Shown here in pieces: positions 20,286 to 31,466 of a DNA stretch of 64,000 bases. The notes below the pieces were generated by a model. The model searched no databases. It had not been told where the DNA came from and was given only the letters and a program-made list of their open reading frames with translations. The DNA comes from an uncultured Bacilli bacterium (GTDB lineage: Bacteria > Bacillota_I > Bacilli_A > RF39 > UBA660). Where the stretch lies: assembly GCA_947629135.1 (NCBI GenBank), contig CANRCN010000001.1, positions 411 to 64,410 of the forward strand, read 5' to 3'. The translations under genes were made by a program, and so were the position numbers. Each line of letters opens with the position of its first letter. Position 1 is the first letter of the stretch.

Positions 20286-20865
20286 ACTAGCAATAGAAGG
20301 TTTTAACTGTGTTATTATCAATAATATAAAATTTTTCTTTATTAAATTATTTCATTTTAAGCATTTTATTTATGATATTTCAAATTTAATTTCGCCTTTC
20401 ACAACAATTGATATTAGAGATAAAGGAACAATCAATTTAGGAAGGAAAGTTAGAATAACAAAAGGTACTTTATTGAGGGTTAGACAAAATGGAAAGTTAA
20501 ACATTGGTAATAAAGTTTATATGAATAAAAATTGTCATATAGTATGTTACGATGAAATAAAAATTGGAGATAATACTGGTTTTGGGCCAAATGTCATGAT
20601 TTTTGATCATGATCATATATATCCTGTTAATGAATTAAATCATAAAAAATATAAAACAAGTAAAATAGAAATTGGAAAAAATGTTTGGATTGGTGCTGGG
20701 ACAATAATATTAAGAGGAACTAAAATAGGAGATAATTCTGTAATAGGTGCAGGCTCTGTGATTAAAGGAATTATTCCTAGTAATTCGATTATTATTCAAA
20801 AAAGAGAAAATACTATAGTTACAATCAAAGAAGAGGTAAAAGATGAAAAGCAAAAGTCAGATTAG
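20272..20865 (+). CDS. hexapeptide-repeat (LbH) O/N-acetyltransferase
   Basis: Left-handed beta-helix repeats 'IGKNVWIGAGTIILRGTKIGDNSVIGAGSVI'. Confidence 0.75.
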   Translation: MKMFRLAIEGFNCVIINNIKFFFIKLFHFKHFIYDISNLISPFTTIDIRDKGTINLGRKVRITKGTLLRVRQNGKLNIGNKVYMNKNCHIVCYDEIKIGDNTGFGPNVMIFDHDHIYPVNELNHKKYKTSKIEIGKNVWIGAGTIILRGTKIGDNSVIGAGSVIKGIIPSNSIIIQKRENTIVTIKEEVKDEKQKSD

Positions 20866-21961
20866 AATATTACATTATATAGGAAGTTTAAATATTGGTG
20901 GCTCACAAACTATGATTATGGAATTATATAGACATATTGATAAGAGTAAAATTCAATTTGATTTTATTGTTGATCGAAAAGATGATTTATTTTATAAAGA
21001 GGAAATTGAAAATTTAGGTGGAAAAGTTTATATTTTTGAAAATTTTAAAGGATACAATTATATAAAATATATTAAACAATTAAAAACTTTTTTTAAAGAG
21101 CATCCAGAATATAAAATTATACATGGTCATGTTAGAAGTGTTGCTTCTATTTATTTAAAAATTGCTAAAAAATACGGTTTAGTTACAATATCTCATAGTC
21201 ATAGTACATCAAATGGTAATGGGGTTGCATCTTTAGTAAAAAAAATATTACAATATAAAATTAGATATATTGCGGATTATTTTATTGGTTGCTCAAAAAT
21301 TTCGGCAGTATGGTTATTTGGAAAAAAAATAGCAAATTCCAAAAGATGTTTTATTCTTAATAATGCTATAGATACTAAAAAATTTTGTTTTAATGAAAAA
21401 ATTAGAGAAAAAATTCGTAAAGAATATAATTGGGATAATAAATTAGTTATTTGTCAAGTTGGTAGATTTGTTGATGTTAAAAATCATGAATTCACTTTGG
21501 AATTATTTGAAAAATATTTTAAAACAAATAATAATGCACTTTTATTACTTATTGGTAATGGACCTCTTGAAGAAAACATAAAAAATAAAATAAAAAAATT
21601 AAATATTGAATCTAATGTAATTATTTTAAAAAATAGAAATGATATTTATGATTTATTGCAAGGAGCTGATATATTTTTGATGCCATCGTTATATGAAGGG
21701 TTACCTCTTACTTTAGTAGAAGCTCAAGCATCATCTCTGCCTTGTGTAATTTCAAATAAAATTTTGGCTGGTTTTTTAATAGATGAATTAATAAATAAAG
21801 TTGATTTAAATTCTTCTTATGAAGAATGGATTAATGTTATTAATGAAAATAAAAATAATATTAGAAAAAATCGTCAAAAAGAAATTATTGAATCAGGATT
21901 TGATATAGAAAAAAATGTTGAATGGTTGGAAAAATTTTACTTAAATGTATTAGATAAGTAG
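20843..21961 (+). CDS. GT4-family glycosyltransferase
   Basis: 'MPSLYEGLPLTLVEAQASSLPCVISN' GT4 EX7E region. Confidence 0.8.
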   Translation: MKSKSQIRILHYIGSLNIGGSQTMIMELYRHIDKSKIQFDFIVDRKDDLFYKEEIENLGGKVYIFENFKGYNYIKYIKQLKTFFKEHPEYKIIHGHVRSVASIYLKIAKKYGLVTISHSHSTSNGNGVASLVKKILQYKIRYIADYFIGCSKISAVWLFGKKIANSKRCFILNNAIDTKKFCFNEKIREKIRKEYNWDNKLVICQVGRFVDVKNHEFTLELFEKYFKTNNNALLLLIGNGPLEENIKNKIKKLNIESNVIILKNRNDIYDLLQGADIFLMPSLYEGLPLTLVEAQASSLPCVISNKILAGFLIDELINKVDLNSSYEEWINVINENKNNIRKNRQKEIIESGFDIEKNVEWLEKFYLNVLDK

Positions 21962-21969
21962 GTGATATT

Positions 21970-23049
21970 GTGAAATTAATGTTTTGCTGTGGTTCGATGA
22001 GAAAAGGTGGAGCAGAAAGAGTCATTGCATCTTTAAGCAATGAATTTATAAAAAAAAATGATGTTTCAATAGTTACTACTATAGTTTGTGAATATGCATA
22101 TGATATTGATTCTAAAATAAATAAATATAGTTTAGATGATAACAAAACTAGTAAAAATTTTATTTCAAAAAATATTTTTAGAATAAAAAAATTAATAAAT
22201 ATTATAAAAAAAGAAAGCCCTGATATTATTATTTCATTTTTACCAGAGCCAAGTTATAGGGTTTTATTTGCTAATATATTTTTAAAAAAGAAAGTTATTG
22301 TTTCAGTTAGAAATGATCCAAATAGAGAATATAATAGTTTTTTTAAAAAATTACTAGTTAAAATTTTATATAAAAAAGCAAATGGTTTTGTTTTTCAAAC
22401 TGAAGATGCAAAAAATTGGTTTTCTAAGGATATTCAAGATAAATCAATTGTTATACCTAATCCAATTAATTCAGAATTTGTATGTAAACCTTTTGCTGGA
22501 GAAAGAGAAAAATCTATTGTAACAGTAGGAAGATTAAATTCTCAAAAGAATCAAAAATTATTGATTTCGGCATTTTCCAAAATAAGTTCAGAATATCCAG
22601 AATATATATTAAAAATATATGGGGATGGAAATTTAAAAGAAGAGTTAGTTTCATATACTAAAGAATTAAATATATCTGATAAGGTAAAATTTATGGGTAA
22701 TTCTAATAATATTAAAAATGATATATATAAAACAAGTTTATTTGTATTATCTAGTGATTATGAAGGAATGCCTAATGCTTTAATGGAAGCAATGAGTTTA
22801 GGACTTCCATGTATATCAACCGATTGTCCTTGTGGTGGGCCTAAAATGCTTATAGAAAATGAAGTTAACGGAATTTTAGTTAAAGTTAATGATATTGAAG
22901 ATATGGAAAATGCAATAAAAAAAGTCCTAAAAGATAAAAAATATGCTAAAATATTAGGAGATAATGCTAATAAAATTAATCAAAAATATGATATATTAAC
23001 TATTAGTAATATTTGGGAAAAATATATTAAAAATATTTTAAATAAATAA
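21970..23049 (+). CDS. GT4-family glycosyltransferase
   Basis: 'SSDYEGMPNALMEAMSLGLPCISTD' GT4 EX7E region. Confidence 0.8.
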   Translation: MKLMFCCGSMRKGGAERVIASLSNEFIKKNDVSIVTTIVCEYAYDIDSKINKYSLDDNKTSKNFISKNIFRIKKLINIIKKESPDIIISFLPEPSYRVLFANIFLKKKVIVSVRNDPNREYNSFFKKLLVKILYKKANGFVFQTEDAKNWFSKDIQDKSIVIPNPINSEFVCKPFAGEREKSIVTVGRLNSQKNQKLLISAFSKISSEYPEYILKIYGDGNLKEELVSYTKELNISDKVKFMGNSNNIKNDIYKTSLFVLSSDYEGMPNALMEAMSLGLPCISTDCPCGGPKMLIENEVNGILVKVNDIEDMENAIKKVLKDKKYAKILGDNANKINQKYDILTISNIWEKYIKNILNK

Positions 23050-23099
23050 TTGTGAATTGAAAATTATATAAATAAATTTATTTAAAAGGAGGAAAAGAA

Positions 23100-24329
23100 A
23101 TGAAAATTACTTTTAAAAAATATGTACCAATTTTTTATGTAATGTCAGCATTAATTATTTTATTGGCTCCTTATGCTGGTGATAGCACTTTAGGTACTGA
23201 TGGAATGAGAAAGATTTTAAAATTTTTACTTTATTTTTTTGCTATCTTTAATTTAGTAATTGTTCTTATTTCGTTTTTTACTAAGAAGAAAATCACTTTA
23301 TCTCAAATAATGTTTTTATTGTCATTTGCTGTTTATTTTATTATAAATTCTTTTCATATATATGATTATAGTATGCAGATACAAAAAATATTAACTTTGC
23401 TTTTATGTATAGGATTTGGATTAGCAGATGATGAAAGTCAATTAGAAGCTTTTACGTTGTTTAGAAAAATATGGATTATAATATCAACAATATCTGTTAT
23501 ATGTTATCTATCTTATATGTTTAAATTACCTATTCCATATACCGAGGTTAGTTATTATAATCATAGTGCTGTTCAATCGTATATAAGTTATGGATTAGTT
23601 TATATATATAAAGTAGGTGCTTCTTTAAGATTATGTGGCATTTGTAATGAACCAGGTTATTTTGGAACAGTAACAGCTTTTGTTTTATGTGCTGATAGGC
23701 TAAATTTAAAAAAATTAAGTAATATTATAATGTTAATAGCAGGTTTATGTTCCTTTTCCTTAGCTTATGTATTAATAATATTTATTTATCTAATAATTAA
23801 AAGTTTTAAAAATATTAAGATTTTATCCTTTCTTTTAGTTTTAATAGGAATTTACATATTTATATTGCCAAATATTCAGTTTGAAAATAAAAATATAAAT
23901 CTACTTATTGATAGGCTATCCTTTATTTATGATGGAAGTATTAAAACAGCTAGAGGTAATAGTGTATTAGAGGATGCTTTTAAAGAAGCAGTTGATAAAC
24001 ATCCTATCTTTGGCTTTGGAGAATATTATACTAGTACTTTGGAATTAAATGGCTCAGCAAACTATAAAATAAACGTTGTTAATTGGGGAATAGGTGGCTG
24101 TTTATTGATATGGGGATCGTTATTATTAAGTGCATTATTTAAAAGAAAAATAAGCATAAATTCGATAGCATTTCTAGTTGCATTTTTAGCTAGTATATAT
24201 CAACGTTCGGGAATTATGACTATAGTGTATATTCTTTTGTTAATAGGTGGTATTCAATTTATTGCTAATAATGATAAAGAAGCAGAAAAAGAAAGTAAAA
24301 AGATTCAAGAAGCAAAGTTAAGTAACTAA
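23100..24329 (+). CDS. wzy: Wzy-type O-antigen/capsule repeat-unit polymerase (O-antigen ligase-like polytopic membrane protein)
   Basis: ~10-12 TM helices with a large external loop, no catalytic soluble domain, located between GTs and Wzx. Confidence 0.55.
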   Translation: MKITFKKYVPIFYVMSALIILLAPYAGDSTLGTDGMRKILKFLLYFFAIFNLVIVLISFFTKKKITLSQIMFLLSFAVYFIINSFHIYDYSMQIQKILTLLLCIGFGLADDESQLEAFTLFRKIWIIISTISVICYLSYMFKLPIPYTEVSYYNHSAVQSYISYGLVYIYKVGASLRLCGICNEPGYFGTVTAFVLCADRLNLKKLSNIIMLIAGLCSFSLAYVLIIFIYLIIKSFKNIKILSFLLVLIGIYIFILPNIQFENKNINLLIDRLSFIYDGSIKTARGNSVLEDAFKEAVDKHPIFGFGEYYTSTLELNGSANYKINVVNWGIGGCLLIWGSLLLSALFKRKISINSIAFLVAFLASIYQRSGIMTIVYILLLIGGIQFIANNDKEAEKESKKIQEAKLSN

Positions 24330-24363
24330 TAAATTAGAAAAAATACAGAAAGGAAGGATAAAA

Positions 24364-25449
24364 ATGTCAAAAAAAATAGGAATACTAACTTTTCATACTA
24401 CAACAAATTATGGAGCTATTTTACAAGCATTTGCATTAGAAAAGAAAATAATTGAACTCGGATATGATTGTGAGATAATAAACTATCATGGATATATAGA
24501 ATATAAAGAGTTTTTTAAGTTTCCAAAGTTTGAAAAAAATATTATAAATTATCTTAAGAATATTAGATATTATTTTATATTTTTAAATAAGAGGAAGCCA
24601 CTTCGAAAATTTATAAATCAAAATATTATTTTATCTGAAAAAGATTATGATAAAAAAAATATTAGTTTATCTAATAATGTATATGATAAGATAATAGTTG
24701 GTAGTGATATGGTATTTAATTTAGTTGTCACTAAATATGATACTACATATCTTTTGGATTTTGCAAACAATTCTAAAAAATTTTCTTATGCTGCCAGTTT
24801 GGGTATTAATAAAATTGATGATAAAGATTTAGATTTATATAAAAATAACTTAAATAGTTTTAGATATCTATCAGTTAGAGAAATACAAACACAAGAATAT
24901 TTAAATACTATTTTGGAAAATGATGTTAATATTGACATAGATCCTACCTTGTTGTATGATAGCACTTTTTGGGAAAAGTTTGAAGAAAAACCTTCTCAAT
25001 TGCTTAATAAAAAATATATTGTATTATATTTTATAGATCCTGAAGGAGTTGAATTAGAAACAGCATTAAAAATTGCAGAAGAAAAAGATTATCAAATTAT
25101 TATTTTAGGAAATTTAAAGAAAAATGGTGAACGTTTTACTTGTATATCTAATGCTTCAATAGGTGAGTTTTTATATTATATACACTATGCTGAATTAGTA
25201 ATTACAGCTTCATATCATGGAATGCTTTTTTCGATGAATTATAATACTAATTTTATGTATTATAATAAATCTAATTCTCCTAGACTTGAAAGTATTGCAA
25301 AACTAACTGATACAATGGATAGAAGATTAACAAAAACTTATATTCCTGAAATAGAATTTGATTTTAACAATACAAATAAATTAATTTCTGATTTACGTAA
25401 TAAATCAATAAAGAATTTAAAAAAAATTTTAGAATCTAATGATAAATAG
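24364..25449 (+). CDS. polysaccharide pyruvyl transferase (CsaB/WcaK family)
   Basis: N-terminus 'KKIGILTFHTTTNYGAILQAFAL' is the hallmark start of PS pyruvyl transferases. Confidence 0.75.
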   Translation: MSKKIGILTFHTTTNYGAILQAFALEKKIIELGYDCEIINYHGYIEYKEFFKFPKFEKNIINYLKNIRYYFIFLNKRKPLRKFINQNIILSEKDYDKKNISLSNNVYDKIIVGSDMVFNLVVTKYDTTYLLDFANNSKKFSYAASLGINKIDDKDLDLYKNNLNSFRYLSVREIQTQEYLNTILENDVNIDIDPTLLYDSTFWEKFEEKPSQLLNKKYIVLYFIDPEGVELETALKIAEEKDYQIIILGNLKKNGERFTCISNASIGEFLYYIHYAELVITASYHGMLFSMNYNTNFMYYNKSNSPRLESIAKLTDTMDRRLTKTYIPEIEFDFNNTNKLISDLRNKSIKNLKKILESNDK

Positions 25450-25480
25450 ACTATTTTAGATTAGAAAGGAATTATACTAT

Positions 25481-27013
25481 ATGAAAAAAGACTCTAGAAC
25501 AAATAATGTAATAAAAAATACAACCATAACAACATTATGTTATATTATGTATTTAATAGTTTCTTTTGTATGTAGAACAATATTTACTAAAAAGTTAGGT
25601 GCTGAATATTTAGGAATAAGTGGTTTATTTTCTAATATATTAACTATACTATCTTTTGCTGAGTTAGGTCTTGGTAGTAGTTTAGTTTATCACTTATATA
25701 AACCATTAGCCGAAGATGATCATAATAAAGTAAATTTGTATATTAGATTATATAAAAAAATTTATAATGTTATAATTTTAGTTATATTAGTTTTAGGTAT
25801 TGGTGTAATTCCTTTTTTGAAATATTTAGTAGAAGCTCCAAATGTTAAAGAAAGCTTGATATTGTTGTATGTATTATATTTAATTCAAACATTAACTTCT
25901 TATTTATTTGTTTATAAAAAAACATTGCTTACAGCTGATCAAAAAGATTATGTTGTAAGTTTGTTTACAGAAATAACTAACTTATTCATGAATATATTTC
26001 AATGTATAATATTAATTGTTTTTGAAAATTTTGTATTTTATTTTTTGTTATCAATAATATTTGGAATTTTAAATAATGTTATTTGTTCTATTTATGTTTC
26101 AAGAAAATATAAATATTTGAATGATAAAGTAAAAGGTAATCTTACAAAAAAAGAAATTCAAGATTTAAAATCCGATACTAAAGGATTAGTAATGACAAAG
26201 GTTGCAAGTGTTGCTTTTGGTGGTACTGACAATATATTTATATCATCGTTTATAGGAATAAGGTATGTTGGAATATTATCAAATTATTCTTTGATTGTTA
26301 CCATGGTAAATTCATTGATGAATAAAATATTTGCATCTATAACTGCTTCAATTGGGAATCTTGGGGTTTCTAAAGATAGTTCTTCAAAAACTGAGAGTGT
26401 GTTATTTAAAATGTTTTTTATTAATGCTACTATATATACATATATTTGTGTTGGAATGATAATTCTATTACAAGAATTTGTAACAGTTTTTTGGCTTAGT
26501 AATGAATATTTTTTAAGTAATTCTGTAATTATGATATTAATAATTGAATTATATATAAGATCATTGCATTTTCCTTTACATACAACAAGGTCTGCTTTAG
26601 GGTTATTTTCTCAATATAAGATATTTTTTGTGTTTGCTGCTATTTTAAATATTGTTTTAGATTTTCTATTAGTTAAACCTTTCGGAATCGCTGGACTTTT
26701 GTTTGCAACTATTTTATGTCGTGGATGGACTTATGTTGTAGATATATATTCTGTTTATAAATTTGGATTCAAAAGTTCTTCTATAAAATATTATAAATTA
26801 TTATTTAAATGGTTTTTCTTTTTCATTATCTGTTATGCTATATCAATTTTAATAATTCAAAAAATAGTTGCAGTTAGTATATTAAATTTCATAATTAAAA
26901 TATTAATAATATCAATAGTATATTTAATTTTATTTATAGTATTTTTTGGCAAAACAGAAGAGATGAATTACTTTATACAGCTATTCAAAACTAAATTAAT
27001 AAAAAAGAAATAA
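25481..27013 (+). CDS. wzx: Wzx-type flippase (MOP/PST family polysaccharide biosynthesis protein)
   Basis: 510 aa, ~14 TM helices, PST-family pattern. Confidence 0.75.
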   Translation: MKKDSRTNNVIKNTTITTLCYIMYLIVSFVCRTIFTKKLGAEYLGISGLFSNILTILSFAELGLGSSLVYHLYKPLAEDDHNKVNLYIRLYKKIYNVIILVILVLGIGVIPFLKYLVEAPNVKESLILLYVLYLIQTLTSYLFVYKKTLLTADQKDYVVSLFTEITNLFMNIFQCIILIVFENFVFYFLLSIIFGILNNVICSIYVSRKYKYLNDKVKGNLTKKEIQDLKSDTKGLVMTKVASVAFGGTDNIFISSFIGIRYVGILSNYSLIVTMVNSLMNKIFASITASIGNLGVSKDSSSKTESVLFKMFFINATIYTYICVGMIILLQEFVTVFWLSNEYFLSNSVIMILIIELYIRSLHFPLHTTRSALGLFSQYKIFFVFAAILNIVLDFLLVKPFGIAGLLFATILCRGWTYVVDIYSVYKFGFKSSSIKYYKLLFKWFFFFIICYAISILIIQKIVAVSILNFIIKILIISIVYLILFIVFFGKTEEMNYFIQLFKTKLIKKK

Positions 27014-27056
27014 GAAATAATCTTAAATTTAATTTATGAAATTTGTTTTAATTTAA

Positions 27057-27085
27057 TTGTTTTATATAGGCAATTATGATATAAT
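27057..27085 (+). promoter_or_regulatory. internal sigma-A promoter
   Basis: TTGTTT -17 nt- TGaTATAAT extended -10 just upstream of the GT4 gene at 27108. Confidence 0.45.
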
Positions 27086-27107
27086 ATTTTCAAATTGGTG
27101 GTGCATT

Positions 27108-28271
27108 ATGAAAAAAAAGATATGTTTTTTAACTAGTTCAATATTTACAATAGGTGGAATTCAAAGAGCAGTTACTGTTGTTGCAAATGCTTTGTATCTA
27201 AAAGAATATGATGTTCATGTTATTTGCATTACTAATAACCATAAAAGAGATAATTCTTTATATGGATTAAATGAGAATATAAAAGTTAAATTTATTTCAC
27301 CAGGTATACTTGATAAAATATTGTTTTTTTGGGCTTATCTTATAAAAAAGATAATTATAAAAAATAAAAATTTACATAAAAAAAATAAGTTAGTATCTTT
27401 TTGCTTTTTTAAAGTTAGAGTTTTTCAAAATAGAAAAATAATAAAGTATATTAATGAAAACAAAATAGATGATGTTGTTGGAGTAGCTTCTTTTTATACT
27501 ATGTTAGTATGTGTATTAAAGGATAAAATTTCATCGAAAATAATTGGATGGCAACACAGTACTTGTGAATCATATTTTGAAATAGCTTTAAATTGTAGAT
27601 GTTTAAAATATTTATTTAAAGAAAAAATAAATTTGTTATCTAGTTATGTAGTTCTAAATAACAATGATGCTAAATGGATAAAAGAAAACTTTAATTATAA
27701 AGCTACTTGTATATATAATCCTAAAAGTTTTACTTCAAAAGAAAAATCAAATTTAAAATCTAAAAATTTTATTGCAGTAGGACGATTTGTTAAAGAAAAG
27801 GGGTTTGATAGATTAATAGATTCTTTTAATATATTTAGTAAAAGTAATAAGGATTGGAATTTAATGATAATAGGAGAAGGTAGTTTAAAAGAACAATTGG
27901 AAAATAAAATCAAAAATTTAGCTTTAGAAAATAGAATAAAATTATTACCAAGAACTAATGAAATTCAAAAATTTTATTTAAAATCATCGATTTATCTTCT
28001 TCCTTCTTATTTTGAAGGATTGGGGATAGTGTTAGTAGAAGCCTGTGAATGTGGACTTCCAATTATTTCGTATGATTTACCAAGCTCAAAAGAGCAATTT
28101 AATACTTGTTCAATATTAGTTAAAAATAATGATATTGAAGGATATGCCAAAGCAATGTTAGACTTAGTTAATGATAAAAAAACTTTGGAAAGTTTAGCTA
28201 AGAAAGCCATTCAAAATGCTGATAATTATTCTATTGAAAAAATTGTTGCAGAGTGGGAAAAAGTATTATAA
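27108..28271 (+). CDS. GT4-family glycosyltransferase
   Basis: 'LPSYFEGLGIVLVEACECGLPIISYD' GT4 region; ATG 27108 (MKKKICFLTSS) preferred over the track start. Confidence 0.8.
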   Translation: MKKKICFLTSSIFTIGGIQRAVTVVANALYLKEYDVHVICITNNHKRDNSLYGLNENIKVKFISPGILDKILFFWAYLIKKIIIKNKNLHKKNKLVSFCFFKVRVFQNRKIIKYINENKIDDVVGVASFYTMLVCVLKDKISSKIIGWQHSTCESYFEIALNCRCLKYLFKEKINLLSSYVVLNNNDAKWIKENFNYKATCIYNPKSFTSKEKSNLKSKNFIAVGRFVKEKGFDRLIDSFNIFSKSNKDWNLMIIGEGSLKEQLENKIKNLALENRIKLLPRTNEIQKFYLKSSIYLLPSYFEGLGIVLVEACECGLPIISYDLPSSKEQFNTCSILVKNNDIEGYAKAMLDLVNDKKTLESLAKKAIQNADNYSIEKIVAEWEKVL

Positions 28272-28291
28272 TTATTTAAGAGGTATTAATT

Positions 28292-29419
28292 ATGATAAAA
28301 AAAATATTTAAAAATAAAATAATAGATTGTTGTATTATTTTATTGGATTTGGTTATAATTGCTTTAGTATGTTATTTTAGTCATAATAAAATATTTGGTA
28401 TTTCATTAATAATAATTATTCATTTATTCTTGTTAATAATTTTTTTCTTGTTTGTATTAAAATTACCAATAATTAATTATCAAAAAATTCGTACTAAAAA
28501 AATAATAAATGAGAAAAGAAAGCAACTTAAAAATGGTGAGATTTATTCTAAAGAATTAGATATTAAGACTTTTGATGGTTCAGGTTCATTAACACATCCA
28601 TCTGTATTATATTTTGAAAATGGCTTTAATGGTTATAAATTTTGGATGGCTTTTACACCTTACGATAATGAAGATGTAGAATTAGAAAATCCATGTATAG
28701 TTGTTTCAAATGATGGTATTAATTGGAAGATACCAGATAAAATTAAAAATCCGTTATTAAAAATAATAAAAATACGAACACCTCTTAGTTATTATAATGA
28801 TCCATTTCTAATGTATACTGATAGATTAGAATTATGGTATAGATATACAATAGAAGATAAAAAAGTTAAAAACTATATTTATCGTATCTGTTCAAATGAT
28901 GGAATTAATTGGTCTAAACCAGAACTTATGATTAATGATAATAAATCTTATTATATGAGTTTAAGTATAGTTAAGAAAAATAATCAATATTATATGTATT
29001 ATTTTGATATTGATTCCACTTTAAATGTTAGAACTAGTAATGATTTAATTAGTTGGAAAAAAGAATCTAAAATAAATGTAGAAGGTTTTAATGGTAAGTT
29101 TTGGCATGGAGAAGTTAGATTAGTAGAAGATTATTTTGAATTATTGCTTATGGATAGAAGTAATAATTTATATTTTGCCAAATCAAAAGATGGTGAAAAG
29201 TTTAAAAATTTAACAAATTTAAATCTTTATTATACACCTAGAGAATATTTATATAAAAATCAACATTTATATAAATCAAGTTTTGTATATATAGAAAATA
29301 AGATTTATTTATATGTACCATATGTTATAACTAAATTAAATTATTCTATAAAAAGAGTATTTCATAAAAAATGGAGATTAACTATTTCTATATTTTCAAA
29401 AGAAAGAGTTATGAAATAA
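28292..29419 (+). CDS. membrane-anchored BNR/Asp-box repeat beta-propeller protein (possible extracytoplasmic glycoside hydrolase/transglycosylase)
   Basis: Two N-terminal TM helices; four Asp-box-like repeats S-x-D-G-x-x-W ('SNDGINWKIP', 'SNDGINWSKP', 'SNDLISWKKE', 'SKDGEKFKNL'). Confidence 0.4.
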   Translation: MIKKIFKNKIIDCCIILLDLVIIALVCYFSHNKIFGISLIIIIHLFLLIIFFLFVLKLPIINYQKIRTKKIINEKRKQLKNGEIYSKELDIKTFDGSGSLTHPSVLYFENGFNGYKFWMAFTPYDNEDVELENPCIVVSNDGINWKIPDKIKNPLLKIIKIRTPLSYYNDPFLMYTDRLELWYRYTIEDKKVKNYIYRICSNDGINWSKPELMINDNKSYYMSLSIVKKNNQYYMYYFDIDSTLNVRTSNDLISWKKESKINVEGFNGKFWHGEVRLVEDYFELLLMDRSNNLYFAKSKDGEKFKNLTNLNLYYTPREYLYKNQHLYKSSFVYIENKIYLYVPYVITKLNYSIKRVFHKKWRLTISIFSKERVMK

Positions 29420-29443
29420 TGAAGAAAGGGAGGTAAATTAATT

Positions 29444-30409
29444 ATGAAAACGTATTTTATAACAGGAGGAGCTGGTTTTATTGGCTCTACATTAACTGAA
29501 AGGTTATTGAAAGAAGGAAATAAAGTAGTTACAATAGATAACTTTTGTAATTTTTATGATCCTAAAATAAAGGAAGGAAATATTAAAGAGTTTTTAAACA
29601 ATCCTAATTATAGGTTATATCGAGGAGATATTAGAAATAGGGAAGATGTAAAGAAAGTCTTTGATGAAAATAAAATAGATGTAGTTATGCATCTTGCAGC
29701 AATGGCAGGTGTTAGACCTTCAATTGAAGATCCACTTTTATATCAAAATGTAAATGGAGTAGGGACAGGCAATATTTTAGAAGAAGCAAAACTTCATGGA
29801 GTAAAGAATCTAGTTATGGCATCATCTAGTAGTGTTTATGGAAATACGAAAGAAGTACCATTCAGAGAAGATATGATAGTTGATTTTGCAATTAGTCCAT
29901 ATGCAGCAACCAAAAAGGCTAATGAAGTAATGGCTCATGTTTATCATAAACTAAATAATATGAATATTATTATGTTAAGATTCTTTACAGTATATGGGCC
30001 AAAGCAAAGACCAGATTTAGCTATTAATAAATTTACAAGATTAATGTTAAATAATGAAGAAATTCCAATGTTTGGAGATGGCACAACCTCAAGAGATTAT
30101 ACTTATGTTGATGATATAGTAGATGGTATTTGTAAATCATGTAATTATGTTATGAATCATGATGATGTATATGAAATAATTAATCTTGGAAGCAATAATC
30201 CAATTAGTTTAAAGGAAATGATTAATATTATAGGTAAAACTTTAGAAGTTGAACCTAAAATTAAACAACTAGGAATGCAACCAGGTGATGTTGATAGAAC
30301 ATATGCTGATATAAGTAAAGCAAAAGAATTATTAGGATATAAACCAAGTATTACTTTTGAAGAAGGTATTAAGAAGTTTATTGACTGGTATAAAGAAAAG
30401 GAGCAGTAA
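29444..30409 (+). CDS. NAD-dependent nucleotide-sugar epimerase/dehydratase (UDP-hexose/HexNAc 4-epimerase-like SDR)
   Basis: 'ITGGAGFIGSTL' Rossmann motif, 'YAATK' catalytic motif. Confidence 0.8.
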   Translation: MKTYFITGGAGFIGSTLTERLLKEGNKVVTIDNFCNFYDPKIKEGNIKEFLNNPNYRLYRGDIRNREDVKKVFDENKIDVVMHLAAMAGVRPSIEDPLLYQNVNGVGTGNILEEAKLHGVKNLVMASSSSVYGNTKEVPFREDMIVDFAISPYAATKKANEVMAHVYHKLNNMNIIMLRFFTVYGPKQRPDLAINKFTRLMLNNEEIPMFGDGTTSRDYTYVDDIVDGICKSCNYVMNHDDVYEIINLGSNNPISLKEMINIIGKTLEVEPKIKQLGMQPGDVDRTYADISKAKELLGYKPSITFEEGIKKFIDWYKEKEQ

Positions 30410-30412
30410 AAG

Positions 30413-31375
30413 ATGAAAAAGACTTCTAAAGTATCTAAAATTAAGATTTTTTTAAAAGAGCCTTCAAAGATAATAAAATATTTAATGAATAAAAATTGTT
30501 TCTGGTTTTTAAGTGATAAAACTTATGTAAAAATGTTGTATAGACTAGAAATGGGGAAAAAGTTAGATTTAACTAGTCCTCGAACATTTAATGAAAAGTT
30601 GCAGTGGTTAAAGTTATATAATAGAAAACCTGAATATACGAATATGGTTGATAAATATGAGGTAAAGAAATATATAGAAAAAGTTATTGGAAAAGAATAT
30701 ATTATTCCAACACTTGGAATATATGATAAATTTGATGATATAGATTTTTCTAAATTACCTAATCAATTTGTAATTAAATGTACTCATGATGGTGGTAGTA
30801 TTTTTATCTGTAAGAATAAAAAAGATTTTGATATTGAATCAGCAAGAAAAAAAATCAATAAAAAATTGAAAATGAATTATTATTATCATGAGAGAGAATG
30901 GCCATATAAAAATGTAAAGCCTAGAATAATAATTGAAAAATATATGGAAGATAAAAATGACAAAGAGTTAAGGGATTATAAATTTTATTGTTTTGATGGA
31001 TATGTAAAAGCTCTATTGGTTGCAACTAATAGACAAAGTGAAACTGAAGAACTTGCTTTTGATTATTTTGATAATAAATATAATCATTTAAAATTAACAA
31101 ATCATTGGCATCCTAATGCAAAGACAATTCCTCATAAACCTAAACAATTTGAAAAAATGGTTGAATTAGCAAGTAAATTATCAAAAGGTTTTCCACATAT
31201 TAGAGTTGATTTCTATGAAGTTAATGGAGAAATTTATTTTGGTGAATTAACGTTCTTTGATATGGGAGGAACGTTAAAAATACATCCAGATGATTGGGAA
31301 TTAGAATGGGGAAATCTAATAAAATTACCAGATAAAAAAATAAATGGAAAGGAAGTTAAATTAAAAAATCTATAA
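30413..31375 (+). CDS. TupA-like ATP-grasp enzyme (teichuronopeptide-type amino acid ligase)
   Basis: Characteristic N-terminal block 'PRTFNEKLQWLKLYNRKPEYTNMVDKYEVKKYI' of the ATPgrasp_TupA family. Confidence 0.7.
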   Translation: MKKTSKVSKIKIFLKEPSKIIKYLMNKNCFWFLSDKTYVKMLYRLEMGKKLDLTSPRTFNEKLQWLKLYNRKPEYTNMVDKYEVKKYIEKVIGKEYIIPTLGIYDKFDDIDFSKLPNQFVIKCTHDGGSIFICKNKKDFDIESARKKINKKLKMNYYYHEREWPYKNVKPRIIIEKYMEDKNDKELRDYKFYCFDGYVKALLVATNRQSETEELAFDYFDNKYNHLKLTNHWHPNAKTIPHKPKQFEKMVELASKLSKGFPHIRVDFYEVNGEIYFGELTFFDMGGTLKIHPDDWELEWGNLIKLPDKKINGKEVKLKNL

Positions 31376-31466
31376 CAAGTATGTTTTTTATTAACAGATG
31401 ATTAGGTGAAACCGAAGAATTAAATAAAAGAATTGTGGATGGTTATGTATAAAAAATAATTATAAC

